Source of the DNA: Candidatus Multivoradales bacterium
GTDB taxonomy: Bacteria; Acidobacteriota; Thermoanaerobaculia; Multivoradales; Multivoraceae
Direction: 5' to 3'
Assembly: GCA_965223325.1 (NCBI GenBank)
Contig: CBDCWI010000002.1
Coordinates: forward strand, 4,224,001-4,288,000
DNA: 64,000 bases
Position numbers and translations under genes: made by a program
The notes under the pieces: generated by a model
The model's input: the letters and a program-made list of their open reading frames with translations, nothing else
The model's database searches: none
What the model was told of the DNA's origin: nothing
Shown: one piece after another, positions 18,600-27,824 of the stretch
Layout: every line of letters starts with the position of its first letter
How positions within the stretch are numbered: position 1 is the stretch's first letter

Positions 18600-21500
18600 A
18601 ACTGTATTTGAGGCCCAGCTGAACGATGCGACCGTCGCCGTTGGTTGCGGTGATCACGCCATAGTTCGAATCGCCGATGCGGTTGCCCGGCTGGGCATAG
18701 TTGATGCGGTTGAATACGTTGAACGCTTCGATGCGCAGTTGCAACTCATGCTGCCGGCGCAGCGGAATGTTCTTGAACAAAGAAAGGTCGACACGCTGGA
18801 AGTCGGGCCCGCGAATGGTGTTGCGACCGGCGTTGCCTCGACGGGTGGCGGTCTCAGCCAACGACAACGGGACAAAACAATCGGTGTTGAACCACTGCTC
18901 GACGGTTTCCGGCGCGCCCGAGTTCGGGTCGCAGACCTGGTCGGGACGTGACGTCAAGCCGCGGATGTCGTCGCCGCGAACCCGGATCGGGAAGGGATAC
19001 CCGGTCTGGTACTGCGCGATGCCATTGACCTGCCAGTTTCCGAAGACGTGGTGGAGCCAGCCGCCCTTGTTCTCGAGCGTTGGAAGCTTGGCCCCGAAGC
19101 TGAATACCAGGCGATGGCGAACGTCGAAGAGTGCGTCACCCTTCTCACGGGCAAGCGCTTCCTTGAACGAGTTGGGGTCGTTCTGGTCGACCGGGAGAAT
19201 CGGACGCTCCTCGCCACCGATGTTGAGACCTGAAACGTGATCGCGTGCGTGCCCCCAGGTGTAAGACGCCATGAAGTTGAGCCCGCGGGTTGGACGCATG
19301 CGAACGTTCGCCTGCAGCGCGTCATACCAGGACTTAGCGACCGTGAACGTGGGGCGCACCAGCGAGAACGCCGGGTAGAGGCGTGGCCCGAGGGTCGTCT
19401 GGCCGGGCTCGACGATGCGCGGGTTGACCTCCATGAAGATCGGTAGGTTCTCGCCACGCGAACCGACATAGCCCACCTCGACACCGATGTTCTGACCGAA
19501 CTGGCGCTGCGCCGTCAGGTTGAAGTGCTGGTACGAAGGGGTTTCAAACTCAGAACCCCAGCCGATGAAGATGATTCCGGGCGGGAAGAGCGTCGGCCCG
19601 CCCGCGACATTGGCCAGCGGGTCTTGCAGGCTGACCTCGGTGAAGGGTGCGTCGAGCTGCAGGATGGGGTTGAAGGGCGGCGCGAGCACAGCGTTCTGGA
19701 AGAAGTCGCCCTGACCTGGCAGGCTGTCATAAAAGATGCCCCAGCCGGCGCGTACGCTGGTCTTGCCGTCACCCCAGGGGTCCCACACCATCGCCAGGCG
19801 GGGCGCGATGTTGTCTTCGTCGGTGTCAATGGTGCCCGCCGGAACGCCTGCATCGCCTGGGTAGACCAGATTTGTCGGCGCGTCGGGGAAGCGGGTCGAC
19901 TGCTGCCCGGGGCGGAAGCTGTTGAGCGCGTCTCCCGAGTCTTCGAACGGCTCAGCCAATTCGTAACGCAGGCCGAGGTTGAACGTCAGGCGCGGCGAGA
20001 AGCGGAACTCGTCCTGGAAGTAGATGGCATACGAGACGCCGTCGCCTTCATTGATCGCGTCTGCACCGGGAACCGCGGTCCGGAACTGCGACGGCATACC
20101 GAGTAGAAAGTCCGCTGCGGCGTTGCCACTGAACCTGCCGTTGAAGGTGAAATCGCCGTTCGGCCGGTTGATGAAGCCGATGAACATCTTCTCTTTGCGG
20201 TAGTCGACGCCCATCTTCATCGCGTGGCGGCCACGCAGCAATGTGAAGTCGTTGGTGAACTGTGTGACCTCGTTGGTGCGCTTGACGAACGGTTGGTTCG
20301 GGTCGCCCATTGCCGGGTACCCCGAAATCGACATTTGCGCCAGGCCCGTTGCGATCGGGTTGATGTTGGGGATGTTGAGCCCGTACTCAGAGTTGGTGAT
20401 GCCGCTGGTCACGGTTGGGTCGGCGTCGATCTCATTGGATGAGAAGCGTGCCTGGTTGAAGGCGTTGTCGCCGATGGTTGCGGTGTGCGACAGCATGTAG
20501 TCGTTGAGCTCCGAAGCGGCCGTGGTTCCGATGGGTCGCACGGTTCGGGGCGTTAGCCGATCCGAGCTGCTCTCGAGCACCCGGAGGAGCAACGCCTGCC
20601 GCTCGGTCGCCTGGAAGTCGAAGCGCAACCCGAGCTGGTCACGATCGTCGGTGACGTCGGGCGAGGTGATGAAGCGGTTGGTGCCCGAGTTCGGAAGTGG
20701 CGTGAAGTCGTCGATGATGCGCTGTGCTGACGGATCGATGCGGTTGGCCGGGATGATGTTGCCGGGGAAGGGGTTCCCGGTCAGCGGATCGATGATCGGC
20801 GATGAGCTGGCAGAGAAGTCGCCGGCTCGCTCAGCTGCGGTCAAAACGGCGAAGTTCTGCGTCGTGCCGCGAGTGTTGCGAAAACCCTCGTAGTAGCCAA
20901 AGCCGAAGAGCCGCTCCGACATCAGTGGGCCGCCGACGCTGCCGCCGAACTGATCCTGCTTCAGCGTTGGCTTGGGCTGGTCATCGGGTGCGAAGGCGTT
21001 CTTTTTCTCGAACGAGTCGTCGCGATTGAACTCCCACAGGCTGCCGTGCCAGTCGTTGCCTCCCGACTTGGTGACTACGTTGACGATCGAGCCCGCGTTG
21101 CGGCCGAACTCGGCGCTGTAGGAGTGGGTGAGGATCTTGAACTCTTCGATCGCATCTGGCGGCGGTCTCAGAACGAAGCCGGTGTTGAAGGTGTCGTTAT
21201 TCGAAGCACCATCGAGCAGGAAGTTGTTCGACTGGCTGCGCACACCGTTGACTGCGAAGCCGGCTGTTACGGCGCCGAAACCGTTGATGCCCGCGTCGGC
21301 ATCACCGGAGGCACCGCCGAGACGCGCCGGCGGCTCGACGACGCCCGGGACCAGGGTGCCGAGCTGCGTGAAGTTGCGACCGTTGAGCGGGAGCTCGACG
21401 ATGGTCGTTTTGTCGACCACGACACCGAGGGTGGCGTTCGAAGTCTCGATGAGTGCCGCCTCGCCGGTGACGGTTACGACATCGTCGAAGTCACCGACAG

Positions 21501-21837
21501 CCAGGGTCATGGTGATGCGCGCGGTCTCGGCTGCCGTCACGCGCACCCCTTCGCGGGTGAGCTGGCTGAAGCCGTCGAGTGCGGCGGTGACGGTGTAGTC
21601 GCCCGGCGGCAGAAGGGGCGCGGCGAAATAGCCATCGTCGCCGGTCATCACGGTACGCGACCGACTGGTGGCAACATCGGTGATCGTGACGGACACGCCT
21701 GGGAGTGCACCGCCTTCGGCATTGGTCACGATGCCACTGAGCTGACCGGTTGCCTGGGCCAGCACGACCTGCGGGAGAGCGCCGACTGCGAGGAGAATGA
21801 CGAACGCTAGAAGTGCTTGACGTGTTGCGGTGATCAC
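18595..21837 (-). CDS. TonB-dependent receptor with N-terminal carboxypeptidase regulatory-like domain (Oar-type)
   Basis: Signal peptide, LPLNGRNF, NNFLLDGASN, EEFKILTHSYSAEFGR, C-terminal GRIVQLGLKYSF beta signal; 1080 aa. Confidence 0.93.
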   Translation of the reverse strand: MITATRQALLAFVILLAVGALPQVVLAQATGQLSGIVTNAEGGALPGVSVTITDVATSRSRTVMTGDDGYFAAPLLPPGDYTVTAALDGFSQLTREGVRVTAAETARITMTLAVGDFDDVVTVTGEAALIETSNATLGVVVDKTTIVELPLNGRNFTQLGTLVPGVVEPPARLGGASGDADAGINGFGAVTAGFAVNGVRSQSNNFLLDGASNNDTFNTGFVLRPPPDAIEEFKILTHSYSAEFGRNAGSIVNVVTKSGGNDWHGSLWEFNRDDSFEKKNAFAPDDQPKPTLKQDQFGGSVGGPLMSERLFGFGYYEGFRNTRGTTQNFAVLTAAERAGDFSASSSPIIDPLTGNPFPGNIIPANRIDPSAQRIIDDFTPLPNSGTNRFITSPDVTDDRDQLGLRFDFQATERQALLLRVLESSSDRLTPRTVRPIGTTAASELNDYMLSHTATIGDNAFNQARFSSNEIDADPTVTSGITNSEYGLNIPNINPIATGLAQMSISGYPAMGDPNQPFVKRTNEVTQFTNDFTLLRGRHAMKMGVDYRKEKMFIGFINRPNGDFTFNGRFSGNAAADFLLGMPSQFRTAVPGADAINEGDGVSYAIYFQDEFRFSPRLTFNLGLRYELAEPFEDSGDALNSFRPGQQSTRFPDAPTNLVYPGDAGVPAGTIDTDEDNIAPRLAMVWDPWGDGKTSVRAGWGIFYDSLPGQGDFFQNAVLAPPFNPILQLDAPFTEVSLQDPLANVAGGPTLFPPGIIFIGWGSEFETPSYQHFNLTAQRQFGQNIGVEVGYVGSRGENLPIFMEVNPRIVEPGQTTLGPRLYPAFSLVRPTFTVAKSWYDALQANVRMRPTRGLNFMASYTWGHARDHVSGLNIGGEERPILPVDQNDPNSFKEALAREKGDALFDVRHRLVFSFGAKLPTLENKGGWLHHVFGNWQVNGIAQYQTGYPFPIRVRGDDIRGLTSRPDQVCDPNSGAPETVEQWFNTDCFVPLSLAETATRRGNAGRNTIRGPDFQRVDLSLFKNIPLRRQHELQLRIEAFNVFNRINYAQPGNRIGDSNYGVITATNGDGRIVQLGLKYSF

Positions 21838-22026
21838 GACGACCTCCTTGGTCTCGAGTTCGAACTCGGATTGTCGCGCCCCGGTCGCTTCGCGTGAGGG
21901 TCACGCGAAACACGCCGCATCGCGGCGAACCGATTCCCTCATGTTGGCTCTTTGTAGCGGCTCTCAACGTAGCACGTAGAACGCTGCGTTGGGGAGGTGC
22001 CTACCTACGTTGGTTCAGCCAACATC

Positions 22027-22716
22027 CTAGGGCTTGCAAACTCCGCCAGGTCGAAAGCCGGCCGCGGTTGCTTCGGTGCGCGAGGCGAAACGAATGGTGC
22101 TGTTAGGGCAGCGATAGTAGGGACACCAAGGAGCGTGGAAAACGGTCGGAGTGGAGTTTGGTTCGCTCACGTGAATCGTCCTTCCATCGCCACGGAGGCA
22201 CCGGCTCTTCGTCTGCCCAGAGGCCGAGGCGTTTCTTCTTGGTCGTCTGCTTGCAGCCGCGCAAGGGCAGGCTCCTTGTTGAAGTAGACGTGCTGCCACG
22301 CCCAGGCCGCTCATGAGCATCGCCTCCGAGACCCGCGTGTCGGCCACGTAGAGGTCCGCGACCAGTCGACCGTGCCGGTCGTTTGAACTTGCGTTCGACT
22401 CCAACGGACAAACGCGCACTCGACGGTCGTAAGTCAGCGAGTTGAGATGGGCGCGCGCCTTGCGACTCCAGGGCTGGCCGAACTCGGGCGCATCAATCGC
22501 AGCCAGGCGTATCTCGACCTGCAGCGCCCTACCGCCAGGGGTTTTGCGCAGCACCGTCAGTGAGTCTCCGTCGGCGACCTCGAGGACCTTGCCCGTCCAA
22601 CAGCTCTCGACCGAGGCGGGCACTGCGACCATCCCCGCGGCCAGCAACAGGAGAAGCAAGGACCAGCCTCTGGAGGCGCTGTGGAACGTTGCCCTTTCGG
22701 GCCGAATCGGTTTCAC
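22027..22716 (-). pseudogene. Thermonuclease (SNase-like) with C-terminal Ada-like metal-binding motif, disrupted by three compensating frameshifts
   Basis: VADGDSL, IRLAAIDAPE, DRHGRLVA in frame 1; GLAWQHVYFNK in a second frame; KKRLGLWADEEPVPPWRW in a third; FHAPWCPYYRC...GFRPGGVCKP back in frame 1. Confidence 0.8.
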
Positions 22717-22768
22717 GTCCAGGATGATGTGCTCGGAGGCGTCTGGCGTAAGTGCTTGAAAACTCTCC

Positions 22769-22812
22769 GTTTAACCTTGTAATGGATGAATATCTATTAA
22801 AACAGGTTAGGC
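22769..22812. promoter_or_regulatory. AT-rich imperfect palindrome in the divergent nuclease/helicase intergenic region
   Basis: TAACCT..TAATGGAT-GAAT-ATCTATTA..AGGTTA dyad. Confidence 0.45.
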
Positions 22813-22890
22813 TAGAGATTCGGGTCGCCGTTGGAGCGGCTTCGCTGACACGAAGCTGGCTCCGGGTATTGCCCCGCAGGGAGGGAGAAA

Positions 22891-24942
22891 ATGACCACGA
22901 CCGAAAGCCGTGAGGTTGGCCGCCAGCGCGTTCCGTCCGCGCTATTTCGCCGCAGCTGCACCCAGAGCGACGAACGCACGCTGCCAGTTCCAGCTCCGGG
23001 TGCGCGGGTTGAGATTCGTGACCAGGAGTGGGTGGTGCGGAAATGCCAGCGCACGTCGCGCGGCGGCCTTGCTCTGCACGTGACCGGGGTCTCAGACGTG
23101 GTCCGCGGTCGCGACTCGGTCTTTCTCGCCGACCTCGTCGATGTCCGGGTCTCGGCCCCCGAAGAAACCAAGCTCGTAGCCGACGACAGTGAAGGTTACC
23201 GGCATTCGCGTCTCTATCTAGAAGGCCTCTTGCGTCGCACCCCTTCGGCAGGTGCACGGTTCAGCATCGGACTCCAGGGCGTCACGCGTTTGGCCGCCAA
23301 CCAGCTGGGGCCGGTCGCGGGCGCGCTGGCGGCGCCGCGCGCGCGCGTTCTGCTGGCCGATGGCGATGGCATTGGACGAACGACCGAAGTTGGCGTTCTG
23401 CTTTCAGAACTCATCAAGCGCGGTCGTGGCGAGCGTCTCCTGGTCGTTGCGCCCGAGTCAAATCTCGCGCAGCTGCAGCGTGAGCTCTGGGCACACTTCA
23501 CGATTCCTCTGGTGCGTCTCGATCCGGTGGGCCCGCTCTCCGATCAACGGGTCATTCCGAGCAGCCAGAACCCGTTCTACTTCTACGATCGTTGTGTCGT
23601 TTCGGTCGACACGCTCGAGCGCGATACGCTCTACCGCCGCTACCTCGAAGACGCGCATTGGGATGTCATCGTCATCGACGAGTGCCGGAACATCGCCGTG
23701 CGTGGTGGCAGCGATGGCGATGGGTGGCGGAGTTCGCGCCTCGGCGAACTACTGGCTGACCGCTCGGATCATTTGATTCTTACCTCGTCGACTCCTCACG
23801 ACGAATGGCACCGGTCTCCCGCCGGTCTCCTCAACCTCCTCGAGCCAACAGCGGTTCCTGACTCCGACAACCTCGAGCGCGAACAGGTCCAATACCTGCT
23901 CGCGGCCTTCGAGGCGGGCGAAGCTGGAGGCGAAGATTTCGCACCGGAGGTTCGTCTTTCACTGTTCCCCGACGCGATTACCTACGCCAGAGCCGCCTTC
24001 GAGCAACTGGAAGAGGCCGATCGAGAGCGCGCCGGCGAAGCCTCGCCGACAGCAGGCAAAGTCGCCTGGCAGGAGCCCAGCCAGGCCTTCGTTCTCTGGC
24101 CTTCAGATGATCTCGAGCGTCGCTACGACTATCTGCCGCCTGAACTCATCGATATCCGCAACCAGGGCGACTCCCAGATCAAGCTCACCACCGACCCTGT
24201 GCGCGCCAAGGAGGCTTTCGCCGCGGCGCGCCAGCATGGAGACGGCTGGCCGGAGTGGGAGTACTTCTGGGATCTGCATCCAGTCGCAGAGTGGTTGGAC
24301 GACCGCGTTCTCGCTCATCTGTCGCGCAACGAAGCGCCCGTTCTGCGGATCGCGTCGGGCCTGGCAGCGGACGAACGCCTCTTCGTTCTACAGGGCACAA
24401 TTGCGAATCAACGCTCTCAGCACGTCCTGGTCGATTGGATGACGGTGTGCCTGAAGGGCCACGCCGAGCAGCGCTCTCGAGCAGATGACGGATCGGCCCG
24501 ACTCGGCGTCACCGGGACTCTCTCCATCGAGACCTTCAGAGAGACGGCCGAACGCCTCGGCCTCGCCTCTTCGCTCGAGAATCCCCGCACGCCGCTCGAG
24601 GCCCTGGAGAAGGAGACCCTCGAAGGGTTGCTGCCCGAAGTGGTCGGCGCGGCCCGTGCCCACATGGACAGCCTGCGCCGGCGCCGCGCCAGCGCCATGC
24701 GCGGTGCGATCACCGAGGCCCTGCGCCGCAATGGCGCCTGGAAGGCTGCACGCCTTGCTGCTCTCGAAGAACGCCGACTAGACCAGGGCGGCGACATGAC
24801 CCGCGCGTTCGAGCGGCGCATTGCCGAAGAGCAAGAAGAGGTCATCCGGCGCTACGGCGAACACGAGCGCTTTCTCGAAGAGTCCATCGAGACCGAGCCG
24901 GAGCCGTATCTGCGGGTCTGTTGCGTGTTGATTGCTGGCTGA
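22891..24942 (+). CDS. Degenerate SNF2/DrmD-like helicase (ATPase motifs substituted, second RecA domain missing)
   Basis: N-terminal VEIRDQEWVVRK; Walker A-like LADGDGIGRT; motif II IDECRN; motif III SSTPH; no recognisable motifs IV-VI; 683 aa. Confidence 0.75.
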   Translation: MTTTESREVGRQRVPSALFRRSCTQSDERTLPVPAPGARVEIRDQEWVVRKCQRTSRGGLALHVTGVSDVVRGRDSVFLADLVDVRVSAPEETKLVADDSEGYRHSRLYLEGLLRRTPSAGARFSIGLQGVTRLAANQLGPVAGALAAPRARVLLADGDGIGRTTEVGVLLSELIKRGRGERLLVVAPESNLAQLQRELWAHFTIPLVRLDPVGPLSDQRVIPSSQNPFYFYDRCVVSVDTLERDTLYRRYLEDAHWDVIVIDECRNIAVRGGSDGDGWRSSRLGELLADRSDHLILTSSTPHDEWHRSPAGLLNLLEPTAVPDSDNLEREQVQYLLAAFEAGEAGGEDFAPEVRLSLFPDAITYARAAFEQLEEADRERAGEASPTAGKVAWQEPSQAFVLWPSDDLERRYDYLPPELIDIRNQGDSQIKLTTDPVRAKEAFAAARQHGDGWPEWEYFWDLHPVAEWLDDRVLAHLSRNEAPVLRIASGLAADERLFVLQGTIANQRSQHVLVDWMTVCLKGHAEQRSRADDGSARLGVTGTLSIETFRETAERLGLASSLENPRTPLEALEKETLEGLLPEVVGAARAHMDSLRRRRASAMRGAITEALRRNGAWKAARLAALEERRLDQGGDMTRAFERRIAEEQEEVIRRYGEHERFLEESIETEPEPYLRVCCVLIAG

Positions 24943-24945
24943 GCC

Positions 24946-26979
24946 TCAGCCGTTCGGCCGATACCAGATCGGCGAGGTCCACGCCATCTCGTGAATCTCA
25001 CTCGGGTAGGACCCGTCGGTACAAACCGGGGGGCGTTCAGAAGCGTCGATCCGCTGGCAGTCCCAGACACTCCAGCGCACGCTCGGGTTCTCGACCACCC
25101 GTAGGTAGTAGTAGGCGTGCTGGCTGGCGTCGAAATCTTCGTCGCGGTAGACGGTGCACAGCGAATCGTGTCCTGAGCCGGTGCGCTCTCCGGTCACCGG
25201 GTCGACGCTGGCGCCGTTGTCGGGACTGCCGGCAATCGGGATCACCTGGCTGTGGTTGCCGCCGTCCTGGTCGATCCAGCCTTTGATCAGTTGCAGCTGT
25301 TGCAGCGGTGCCGCCGAGTCTCTAGGGTCGCGGGTTGCAAAAGCGATGAAGGTCGGCTTCTCATTGGCTGATCCGCTGCTGGCTGGCAGGTCGCCGCCCA
25401 TTGGAACTCCACCGGCGTAGCCCTGGGCCACCATGTCGGCGCTGGCGCAAAGGTCGTCGGTGTAGTTCCAGCCGGCAAAAAAGCGTGGCCTGATGCGTGG
25501 CCCCGAGGTTCCGAAGACCTCGCGCCGCTTCATTGCATCGAAAATCGCATCGCGTGAGTTTTCAATGGCCCAAACACCGGCCAGCCCGCCCGGGTTGCCG
25601 TCGATCCCACTGGTCAAAAGGCCCGGCTGCAGGCGCTCTTCGGGCGTCGACTCGACCGAAACGTGCCCGCGCCAGTCGTCTTCTGCCACTGCGCCGGGGG
25701 TGGCGGTGTGGGTGTCGGTCGAGGCGATGATGCCGAGCTTGGCGGGATTCAAGCCGGTGTCGATCTCTTCCTCGAGGCCCTCGAGTAAGGACGAACGCAC
25801 GAAGTCCGAGCGCGCCACACAGCCAGCGCCCAACATTCCCTGGCTACCGTTCTCACCCGGCGCACACTCCTCGGTGACTAGCTGCGCCGTCCCCTGGATC
25901 GGCGTGCCGTCGGCTGCGACCTCGGCGACCGCGATGGTTTCAGTGCGCCCGAGCACCCGCACCGCTTCCACGTCGCAAAGCTCGTCCGGTTCGGCAAACA
26001 CCGAAGACAAGCCGTTGATGCACTCCGAAGACCCCTTATGCTGAAAAATCTCGAGAATCGGCTCACGTTCCAGCCGCTTCTCGGCGTAGCCACGACGACT
26101 GTCGAGCGTTAGCGCAAGCCCCCGGTATGGGCCCATGCGACCGTTGGCGAGGTTGGTGTTGTGAGGGATCGTCAGATAGTCGCAGCCCGACTCCACGTCA
26201 CAGACCTTGTCGAGCTCCTGCCACAGCTTTGAATCCACCGGGGCGTCGACGTAGGACACCGGTCGGTCCGGAACCACGTTGTTTCTAAAGATCACATTGC
26301 GGTGGTAGTTCGAAACACCGGGTGTGCCGGTGTATTCGTAGCCCACAAAAGAGGTGAACGTGCACGCCTCGCTACGGTCGTAGGCCTCCTCGGCGGCCTG
26401 GATGATCTTCTGCCAGGGCGCCTTCGCCCATGCGAGACACAGAGCGCCGTCGTCTCCGCACACTTCGGGAATGCGACTTGGCGTCTCAGTCGTGATCACG
26501 GCGCCCAGCATGCGCATGCCCTGACGCTCCGACACACGTGTCTGCTGGCAGAACTCGGTGTCGTAGCGCGGCGACTCCGGGTCACGGCACAAGGGGCGCT
26601 CGCCGAGAAACTCGCCGTGATCGGTCACCGCGACGAAGTCGAGCGGCCGGTCGATCTTGATTGACCCGGTCGGTGTGCCTCTCGCGTCGATTGGAAAGAA
26701 CGGAATCGCTTCGCCTTTGGCAAAACGGTAGGCGTCTTCGGGCGTACCGCCCGTGCTGTTGGCCGCTGCGTCGAACGAGAAACTGGTGTGCACGTGCAGG
26801 TCACCAAACAAGGCCTGCCGAAGCTCCGTCGCGTTCGCACAAGCCGGTCGCTCCTCCGAGCGCGCGACCAGGTCCTCCCCAGAAGCGCTCGATGAAGAGT
26901 CGTTGCCGTCGTCGGGGCTGCTACAGCCCCAGGCCAGAATGGAAACAACCGCGCATGCGAGTGTGAACCTGAACGTCAT
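24946..26979 (-). CDS. DUF3604-domain lipoprotein (PHP-like metal-dependent hydrolase fold)
   Basis: LAWGC lipobox, FGDLHVHTSFSFDA, VTDHGE, HRNVIFR, IPHN, STDTH, MAWTSPIWY. Confidence 0.85.
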   Translation of the reverse strand: MTFRFTLACAVVSILAWGCSSPDDGNDSSSSASGEDLVARSEERPACANATELRQALFGDLHVHTSFSFDAAANSTGGTPEDAYRFAKGEAIPFFPIDARGTPTGSIKIDRPLDFVAVTDHGEFLGERPLCRDPESPRYDTEFCQQTRVSERQGMRMLGAVITTETPSRIPEVCGDDGALCLAWAKAPWQKIIQAAEEAYDRSEACTFTSFVGYEYTGTPGVSNYHRNVIFRNNVVPDRPVSYVDAPVDSKLWQELDKVCDVESGCDYLTIPHNTNLANGRMGPYRGLALTLDSRRGYAEKRLEREPILEIFQHKGSSECINGLSSVFAEPDELCDVEAVRVLGRTETIAVAEVAADGTPIQGTAQLVTEECAPGENGSQGMLGAGCVARSDFVRSSLLEGLEEEIDTGLNPAKLGIIASTDTHTATPGAVAEDDWRGHVSVESTPEERLQPGLLTSGIDGNPGGLAGVWAIENSRDAIFDAMKRREVFGTSGPRIRPRFFAGWNYTDDLCASADMVAQGYAGGVPMGGDLPASSGSANEKPTFIAFATRDPRDSAAPLQQLQLIKGWIDQDGGNHSQVIPIAGSPDNGASVDPVTGERTGSGHDSLCTVYRDEDFDASQHAYYYLRVVENPSVRWSVWDCQRIDASERPPVCTDGSYPSEIHEMAWTSPIWYRPNG

Positions 26980-27105
26980 CGACAATCTCCTCGCCCCAGG
27001 CTTCCGGGTGGGGTTGGGGGCTCTGTTAACTCGAGGGAATCGTCTAAAGGTACTGCACCTGGCTCCCAGGCTTGATGACGTGGCTGCAAACGGCCCTTTC
27101 AGTGG

Positions 27106-27630
27106 TCAAGAAGGTGGTACCTCTTCGTCGCTCGAGTCGCCGCCCTCGGCGGCTTCGCCTTCCCGGTTCGCCCGGTACTGGTCGACCTCATCGAAACGAT
27201 TGGACGAGAATGCATGCACCGCGGCCCCCGCGTTGTCCCAGTCCTCAGGTCGCCCGACCATGAATGCCTGTTTACCCATGCCGCTCGTACCTCTGAAGAC
27301 CTGGACGCCCTCGAGACGGCCATGTTGTGAGTAGGGAATCTCCTTGCGATCGCCTGCTTCGGTGAGGTAGTAGAAGTGGGAGGTGATTCTCTCTGGGTAG
27401 TTCCCTCGGGCGCGGAGGATTCCATCCTCTGGAATCCGATACACGTGGGCGCCGCTCTCGATCTCTACCGGTGGAGCGTCGGGGTTGAGAAACTTGACCA
27501 TGAAGGGGCCTTCGAAGCCTTCGGGGAGGAGGTAGATCTCTTCGCGCCCGCGTTCGCATGCGATGAGGAAAAGCGCGATCGCGGCGCAGAGGATCCACCG
27601 GGTCAGATTCAGGGTGCGTTGCTGTTTCAT
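27106..27630 (-). CDS. Lipoprotein, DUF6843-like
   Basis: LIAC lipobox; IYLLPEGFEGP...VYRIPEDGIL pattern. Confidence 0.65.
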   Translation of the reverse strand: MKQQRTLNLTRWILCAAIALFLIACERGREEIYLLPEGFEGPFMVKFLNPDAPPVEIESGAHVYRIPEDGILRARGNYPERITSHFYYLTEAGDRKEIPYSQHGRLEGVQVFRGTSGMGKQAFMVGRPEDWDNAGAAVHAFSSNRFDEVDQYRANREGEAAEGGDSSDEEVPPS

Positions 27631-27824
27631 GATCACCTCAATCATCATCGGTTTCATGGTCTGCCCGCGAGACGAAGAGGCCGTTTTCTTCTAGCGGGAT
27701 GAGCCATCCGAACTCCCCCATTTCGCGATCGGTCGACCCGGGAAGGAATACTGCTGGGCCAAGCTCGCCCGAGACCGGTGTCTCGAAGCTATGCAGGAGG
27801 GGAGAGGGTGGGGTGGACGGTTTC

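Noticed and set aside
22769-22812. Integron attC site (RYYYAAC ... GTTRRRY ends on both strands)
   Set aside because: Only 44 bp, shorter than known attC sites; no clear L boxes, integrase or cassette array nearby.
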